Source of the DNA: a virus
Reading direction: 5' to 3' (one strand)
IMG/VR virus record: IMGVR_UViG_3300045988_021923
DNA length: 42,154 nt
Both the position numbers and the translations under genes were made by a program. The notes below the pieces were generated by a model. That model was not told the origin of the DNA and ran no database searches. It worked only from the letters and a program-made list of their open reading frames with translations. The number at the start of each line of letters is the position of its first letter. The stretch's first letter is position 1. Of this stretch, positions 37,980 through 42,154 are shown piece after piece.

Positions 37980-38435
37980 ATGACAACCTATTACGTTACC
38001 GCAGATCTTGACCGTGCGCCGACGGAGCAAGAGACAAAGGAGATCGGCGTACCGCACGCAAAAATTTTTCTTGGCCGCGTCAAGGCAATTATCTGCGCCG
38101 ACAGTATCAAGGACGCCTGCGCGCGAGGGAGTGAGTGCATTTCCGGCTGTATCAAAGAGGGCAGGACAATCAGCAATGTCGGCTGCATGCCGGTTGCCGC
38201 GGCAAAGGAAATGGGAGACGACGAGATCTACAAGGGCTACCCCACAACGACGTGGCTGCTGTATTACCGGCTTAAAGCCGGGCTGACGCAGGCACAGCTT
38301 TCGAAAGCGTCCGGCGTCAACATCCGCCAGATCCAGCGGGTGGAGCTGGGCGAGGCGGAGGCCGGAAACCTGTCCGCTAAAAATATTATTGCCCTGGCGG
38401 ACGCCTTGGGCGTGGACGTGAGGGCGTTGGTATAA
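37980..38435 (+). CDS. Protein with C-terminal XRE-family HTH domain (151 aa)
   Basis: LLYYRLKAGLTQAQLSKASGVNIRQIQRVELGE...IIALADALGVDVRAL. Confidence 0.7.
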   Translation: MTTYYVTADLDRAPTEQETKEIGVPHAKIFLGRVKAIICADSIKDACARGSECISGCIKEGRTISNVGCMPVAAAKEMGDDEIYKGYPTTTWLLYYRLKAGLTQAQLSKASGVNIRQIQRVELGEAEAGNLSAKNIIALADALGVDVRALV

Positions 38436-39466
38436 TGCGGCTCAAAAAATGTGCTAAATGCGGCAAGCTATTTAACACCGCCAAAAACGAGCAGACGCTG
38501 TGTGACGAGTGCGTTGCTACGGCCAAGTCCACCACCATCCGACCCCGGACCTGCCGCGAGTGCGGTGCTATTTTTGACGGTGGCCCTCGAGCGTGGTACT
38601 GCCCAGAATGCAGGAAGATTCGGGAGAAAGAGTCGGCCAAGCATTACAGGGACAATGGCCCATCACGCCCGCTCGGAAGCATTGACCGCTGTTCCGTCTG
38701 CGGTAAAGAGTATGTTGTCAATTCTGCGCGGCAGCGGTATTGCCCGGCCTGCGCTCCGGAAGCAATCCGGGAGGTTGACCGCGAGGCGTCGAAAAAATGG
38801 AACGCTGAAAATGGTTTTTACGACCGCACGCAATTAGAGCGGAGCGGCCAGAAAATATGCGTGATCTGCGGAAAACCTGTGCCACCCGGAACGCCTCGGG
38901 TAACTTGCTCAGATGAGTGCGACAAGCTCCGGATAAAATATAATCAGGACAAGGCGGAGATCAAGCGGGGCAATCGCAAATCTCCTACCACGGTTGAGCG
39001 GCTGGACAAGGAGCTTCCTCTGGCTCCGGTGGAGCTGACGCCGGAGATCATCAAGGAGTTAGAGGCTGACCTGCTGTCTGTTATTAAGCGCTGCCCGGAT
39101 TGCGGGCAGCTATTTGTCAAAAAAAGCAAAAATGCTCGGTTTTGCCGGGCTTGCGCCCTACAGCGTAGCCTGGAGAGCACCCAAAAGTCGAGTAATGAGC
39201 ATTACTATGCAGACGTGGAGGCGAGCCGGGCCAAGCGCCGGGAGGATTACGCAAAAAACAGAGAGGCCGTCCGAGCCTACCAGGCGGCATATTACGCCGC
39301 CCACAAGGACGAGATAAAGCAGCGCCGCCAGCAAAACCAGCAAAAAAAGGCCGGAGACAAGGAGGCTCTCAAAGCCTATCAGGCCAAGTATTACGCCCAA
39401 AACAAGGAGCGCATCAAGGCCCAGCGCAAGGCCAAAAAGGAGCGGGACGCCGCTGAAAAAAAATAA
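38435..39466 (+). CDS. Multi-zinc-ribbon protein (five CxxC-x(10-14)-CxxC units) with C-terminal YYAxxK(D/E)xIK repeats (343 aa)
   Basis: The start overlaps the upstream stop (TAATG). Five units, for example CAKCG..CDEC, CRECG..CPEC, CSVCG..CPAC, CVICG..CSDEC, CPDCG..CRAC. Basic repeat tail. Confidence 0.7.
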   Translation: MRLKKCAKCGKLFNTAKNEQTLCDECVATAKSTTIRPRTCRECGAIFDGGPRAWYCPECRKIREKESAKHYRDNGPSRPLGSIDRCSVCGKEYVVNSARQRYCPACAPEAIREVDREASKKWNAENGFYDRTQLERSGQKICVICGKPVPPGTPRVTCSDECDKLRIKYNQDKAEIKRGNRKSPTTVERLDKELPLAPVELTPEIIKELEADLLSVIKRCPDCGQLFVKKSKNARFCRACALQRSLESTQKSSNEHYYADVEASRAKRREDYAKNREAVRAYQAAYYAAHKDEIKQRRQQNQQKKAGDKEALKAYQAKYYAQNKERIKAQRKAKKERDAAEKK

Positions 39467-39485
39467 ATTATTTTGCTTTTCTCTC

Positions 39486-39514
39486 TTGACTTTACGCTAA
39501 TATTAGCGTATAAT
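39486..39514 (+). promoter_or_regulatory. Promoter copy 2: TTGACT-17-TATAAT with the same palindromic operator
   Basis: Identical 31-bp core CTTGACTTTACGCTAATATTAGCGTATAAT, with a similar leader and hairpin before the SD. Confidence 0.75.
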
Positions 39515-39555
39515 GAGAGCATAAAGAGAGGGGCACAGCCCGGGAGGTAAAAATC

Positions 39556-39876
39556 ATGACGTACATTAGCAGCCAGCATTACATTGACCCGGAAATCGTT
39601 GAGGCCAAAAAAGCGGAGCTTGTAGACGTGTTTGAGGTTGTTATCCCTTGCACTTACGTTGGCGTTATTGATGGCGTGGAATACGCAATGCAAAACGATA
39701 AGCATCATACTCTGGCAGCCGCCAAAGAGCTTGGCATCCCTGTTGTCTTTGACGTCTCCGATGACGCCGAAGGCCTCGCTGGCGAGGAGCTCCTCGAAGC
39801 CCGTTATAATGACGGAGACTATTACAATGTTGAGACCAGCAATCCCATTGATGAGCAGTTTGACCTGATCTGGTAA
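39556..39876 (+). CDS. Strongly acidic hypothetical protein (106 aa)
   Basis: GGGAGG SD. About a quarter of the residues are Asp/Glu, concentrated in the C-terminal half. Confidence 0.65.
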   Translation: MTYISSQHYIDPEIVEAKKAELVDVFEVVIPCTYVGVIDGVEYAMQNDKHHTLAAAKELGIPVVFDVSDDAEGLAGEELLEARYNDGDYYNVETSNPIDEQFDLIW

Positions 39877-39885
39877 GCCAAATAA

Positions 39886-39922
39886 GCAAGAGGGCGTGTC
39901 CGAATCGGACACGCCCTCTTGC
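39886..39922. terminator. Bidirectional terminator (17-bp perfect stem, 3-nt loop)
   Basis: GCAAGAGGGCGTGTCCG-AAT-CGGACACGCCCTCTTGC lies between convergent genes. Confidence 0.8.
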
Positions 39923-40158
39923 TATCCTTTGATATCGTCCGCGATCTTGGCATAGGCACGCCGCCGGATCTTGGCAAGCCCGTCCACGCTGACGTGGAGC
40001 AGCGCCGCCGCCTGTAGGCAGCTCTGGCCGTGGACGTCCACCGCCAGCACCGCCGTCTCCTCGTCAGGCGGCAAGCCTACCAGCCGGACGGCCTGCGCCG
40101 CCCGGGCCGGGGCCATAGATGACAACAGCGCCCGGATCTCTCGGTTTTGTTTTTCCAT
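39922..40158 (-). CDS. Sigma-70 region-4-like small HTH regulator (78 aa)
   Basis: DEETAVLAVDVHGQSCLQAAALLHVSVDGLAKIRRRAYAKI resembles region 4 of ECF sigma factors / small phage late regulators. Confidence 0.6.
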   Translation of the reverse strand: MEKQNREIRALLSSMAPARAAQAVRLVGLPPDEETAVLAVDVHGQSCLQAAALLHVSVDGLAKIRRRAYAKIADDIKG

Positions 40159-40227
40159 ACGGTTTCCAGACTTGCAGAGCGCTAAAAAGCGTGGATGTTG
40201 CCATCTTCTGGCCCTCCTCTCAGTAGT

Positions 40228-41247
40228 TTAGCCCGCCCAGTCGGCGCGGGCCTCCCGGACGTCGATGTGGGTAAAACTCTTGTAGACGCCCACCCCGCCC
40301 CAATCGGGCATAAGCGTCCGCGCAAACGCCGCCACGGCCTCCGGCGTCTGCCCCTTGACCACAATATCCGCCGCCGTGCCATAGCAGTGCTGGCTGCGAG
40401 CCACGCCGCCCACCTTGGCGTTGTACTGCGGCGTCCGGTAGGCACTGTGAATGACCACCGGAACGCCAAAGTGACTGCGGATGCTCTGCAAGACCATCAC
40501 CAGCCGGGGGGCTACCAGAACGGAATCGGAGCTATCCTTGCAGGCAAATTCTTTCACTGTAAAGTTTGTGGACAGCTTCTTGCCGCCGTCCTTCGCCTTG
40601 GAATAGGCGTTGATCTCTACCATAGGTTTCTCTCCTTCCGGTTCGTGTGCGTCCCCGCTTTTCTTTTTCCACACCAGGAAGAACGGGATCACCCGCCCAT
40701 CCCCGGTGAAGCCATTGCCGTCCCTGCCCATGAAGCAGGTAGACCCGCCGCCGTCCATCATAATGGCGTTGTCCCAGCCGGACGCGGCCAGCAGGTCACG
40801 GAGCTGTTCCGGTGTCCGCCGGTCACGGCTCACGTAGTAGGCGAACCGCCCATCCTTGGTGCCGATGGCCGTTCGCGGGGCTTTGTACTTCATGTCCGCC
40901 CCGCAGTGGATAGGGCTGATCTTCTTGCCGTCGATGATGAGGTGAACGCACTCCATGTAGTTTGCGTCGCTGTTGGGCACGGTTTTCACGCCGAAGTCCG
41001 CCGGGGTGTTCCAGCTGATGGCCCACGCCCGGTATGCCGGGGCTTTGTAAACCTTCCCATCTGCTTTCAGGTGGCAGGCGGGCTGCTGGTTCCGCAGGAA
41101 AATGGAGCCATTGCATATGGCGTCCCCGCCAGCCTCCGCCAGCATCTTTTTCAGGTTGGCCGTGGTGGAGCAGAGACGCCGCCGATTGAAATAGATTTTC
41201 AAAAATTGGAGGTCGAAGAGCGGGACAGTGCCCGCTCTCGTCGTCAT
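40228..41247 (-). CDS. Two-domain endolysin: N-terminal phosphodiester-glycosidase (NAGPA/DUF2233-like) plus C-terminal Peptidase_M15 domain (339 aa)
   Basis: N-terminal: AICNGSIFL...PRTAIGTKDGRFAYYVSRD...AIMMDGGGST. C-terminal: HSAYRTPQYNAKVGGVARSQHCYGTAADI...HIDV. ATGA overlap with the holin gene. Confidence 0.8.
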   Translation of the reverse strand: MTTRAGTVPLFDLQFLKIYFNRRRLCSTTANLKKMLAEAGGDAICNGSIFLRNQQPACHLKADGKVYKAPAYRAWAISWNTPADFGVKTVPNSDANYMECVHLIIDGKKISPIHCGADMKYKAPRTAIGTKDGRFAYYVSRDRRTPEQLRDLLAASGWDNAIMMDGGGSTCFMGRDGNGFTGDGRVIPFFLVWKKKSGDAHEPEGEKPMVEINAYSKAKDGGKKLSTNFTVKEFACKDSSDSVLVAPRLVMVLQSIRSHFGVPVVIHSAYRTPQYNAKVGGVARSQHCYGTAADIVVKGQTPEAVAAFARTLMPDWGGVGVYKSFTHIDVREARADWAG

Positions 41248-41693
41248 GTCCCGGCCTCCTGCTTGCCCTCGTCGCTGGCCTGCCGGATGGCGTCCAGCAT
41301 ATTCTTCACAAAGGCCGGGTAGGGAACGCCCATAATGGCCGTGTTCTCTAAAATACTCAATCCCTCATTGGCGATGAAGAACATACAAACCGCGTCTCTC
41401 ACAAAGTCGCTGGATGTAGCTTGGTCTAACAGCGCCCCCATCCAGACAAGCGCCAGTTCTACGCACTTCTTCGCAAGACCCTTGAAGCCTGCATCGGAAC
41501 TCAGCGCCCCGGTGCTGCTCTTCCCGGACTTGTGCCAGATCGCCGCCACCAGCCAGCCCGTGGCGTAATCCAGCACCATAAAGCAGATCAGCACTTTCAG
41601 CGCCATATCCAAGCCGCCCAAAGCCTGCGCGATGACGGAGCCGGTTGTTGCCAGCGCCGCCAGAATCAGATTTTTAATATGTACTGCGTTCAT
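41244..41693 (-). CDS. Holin (phage_holin_4_1 / toxin secretion-phage lysis holin family), 149 aa
   Basis: Multiple TM helices. LICFMVLDYATGWLVA...KKCVELALV...FFIANEGLSILEN matches the family signature. Confidence 0.8.
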   Translation of the reverse strand: MNAVHIKNLILAALATTGSVIAQALGGLDMALKVLICFMVLDYATGWLVAAIWHKSGKSSTGALSSDAGFKGLAKKCVELALVWMGALLDQATSSDFVRDAVCMFFIANEGLSILENTAIMGVPYPAFVKNMLDAIRQASDEGKQEAGT

Positions 41694-41719
41694 AGCTTTT
41701 GCCCTCCCTGCGCAGTGCT

Positions 41720-42046
41720 TCAGCGGTTCACCCGCACGGCCTTTACCGGGTTTCCGTTGGCGTTGTAGGTCACCTCATAGCGGCCCTCGGCAACGGTCAC
41801 GGTCATGGTCTGGCCCGCCAGCTCCGGCTTGTACCGCATGATGTCACAAAGATGCTTCACGTCCTCCGGCTCGGTCTCTGCGGGGATGAAGCCCTCAGCC
41901 ATTTCTTTCTCAGACCAACCGGCGATACCACCGTCGGGGTTTAAATGGAAGTTGGCACCGGCCTCCTTCAGCTTGGTGTTGATAACCTCGATGCTCTCGC
42001 CGTTCTTCTTGCCCTCGTTGATGATGCTCTCGTAGATCTTTTCCAT
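41720..42046 (-). CDS. Hypothetical protein upstream of the holin (108 aa)
   Basis: ATG 42046 is preferred over the track TTG at 42064. First gene after the 30-bp repeat array. Confidence 0.6.
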   Translation of the reverse strand: MEKIYESIINEGKKNGESIEVINTKLKEAGANFHLNPDGGIAGWSEKEMAEGFIPAETEPEDVKHLCDIMRYKPELAGQTMTVTVAEGRYEVTYNANGNPVKAVRVNR

Positions 42047-42068
42047 GGTATGTACCCCTTTCAAATTT

Positions 42069-42154
42069 ACGGTTGATTATTCAACCGGTTTCAACTGTTC
42101 GGTTGATTATTCAACCGGTTTCAACTGTTCGGTTGATTATTCAACCGGTTTCAA
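42069..42154. repeat. Two full and one truncated (26 nt) copies of the 30-bp unit seen at 1-60
   Basis: Direct reading. Copies at 42069-42098 (first 2 nt differ), 42099-42128 and 42129-42154. Confidence 0.95.

Larger units (their letters stand above)
1..42154. mobile_element. Complete temperate siphovirus-like phage genome, probably a circular or circularly closed contig
   Basis: Contiguous lysogeny, early/recombination, packaging, head, tail and lysis modules. The same 30-bp tandem repeat is cut by both window ends. Confidence 0.85.

Noticed and set aside
39391-39912. 173-aa - strand ORF
   Set aside because: It is antisense to promoter copy 2 and the 39556-39876 gene and runs through the bidirectional terminator. 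No RBS.
40195-41322. 375-aa + strand ORF
   Set aside because: It is antisense to the endolysin and the end of the holin gene. Arg/Pro/Gly-rich composition with no start context. The same reasoning applies to 23104-24117, 35427-36203, 11507-12223, 17812-18486 and 26836-27525.

Overview
The window reads as one complete temperate siphovirus-type phage genome of about 42 kb. It is GC-rich with strong GGAGG ribosome-binding sites and Firmicutes/Clostridia-type gene families; the host assignment is inference. Both window ends cut through the same 30-bp tandem repeat, so the molecule is probably circular or a circularly closed contig.

Gene order:
- Tail fibre module: 43-2525 (- strand).
- Tail module with tape measure: 2554-9720 (-).
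- Head-tail joining and head module: 9707-14267 (-).
- A four-gene insertion between the portal and the minor capsid gene: 14264-16394 (-).
- Portal and terminase: 16394-19462 (-).
- A DUF2829/Tad2-like gene and a tRNA-like gene: 19499-20185 (-).
- A long, translationally coupled early operon: 20409-30423 (-). It holds a Cro-like regulator, a Rha regulator, two Lar-like genes, a Sak-like annealase, a YqaJ-like exonuclease, a NinB-like gene, an HNH nuclease, SSB, a G39P-like loader, RusA and a C5 methyltransferase.
- A face-to-face promoter switch: 30461-30641.
- A lysogeny operon: 30686-34117 (+). It holds a coiled-coil Mrr-like nuclease, two XRE HTH proteins and a large serine recombinase.
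- An eight-gene operon of unknown function: 34190-37415 (-).
- A terminator-bounded plus-strand island driven by a duplicated promoter: 37538-39922 (+).
- A lysis cassette: 39922-42046 (-).

Most noteworthy observations:
- Three unrelated proteins in the portal-proximal insertion share an N-terminal MGGRG tag. They sit next to DUF4417 and JAB-like domains.
- The cytosine-5 methyltransferase appears circularly permuted.
- A coiled-coil Mrr_cat nuclease is the first gene of the lysogeny operon, inside an AT-rich island.
- A tRNA-like gene has an encoded CCA but a non-canonical anticodon arm.
- There are phased repeat arrays: a 30-bp array at the genome junction and an 11-bp array of four copies at 37462-37505.
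- A promoter/leader with a 16-bp palindromic operator is duplicated.

All functional calls rest on motif recognition by eye. No database search was possible.
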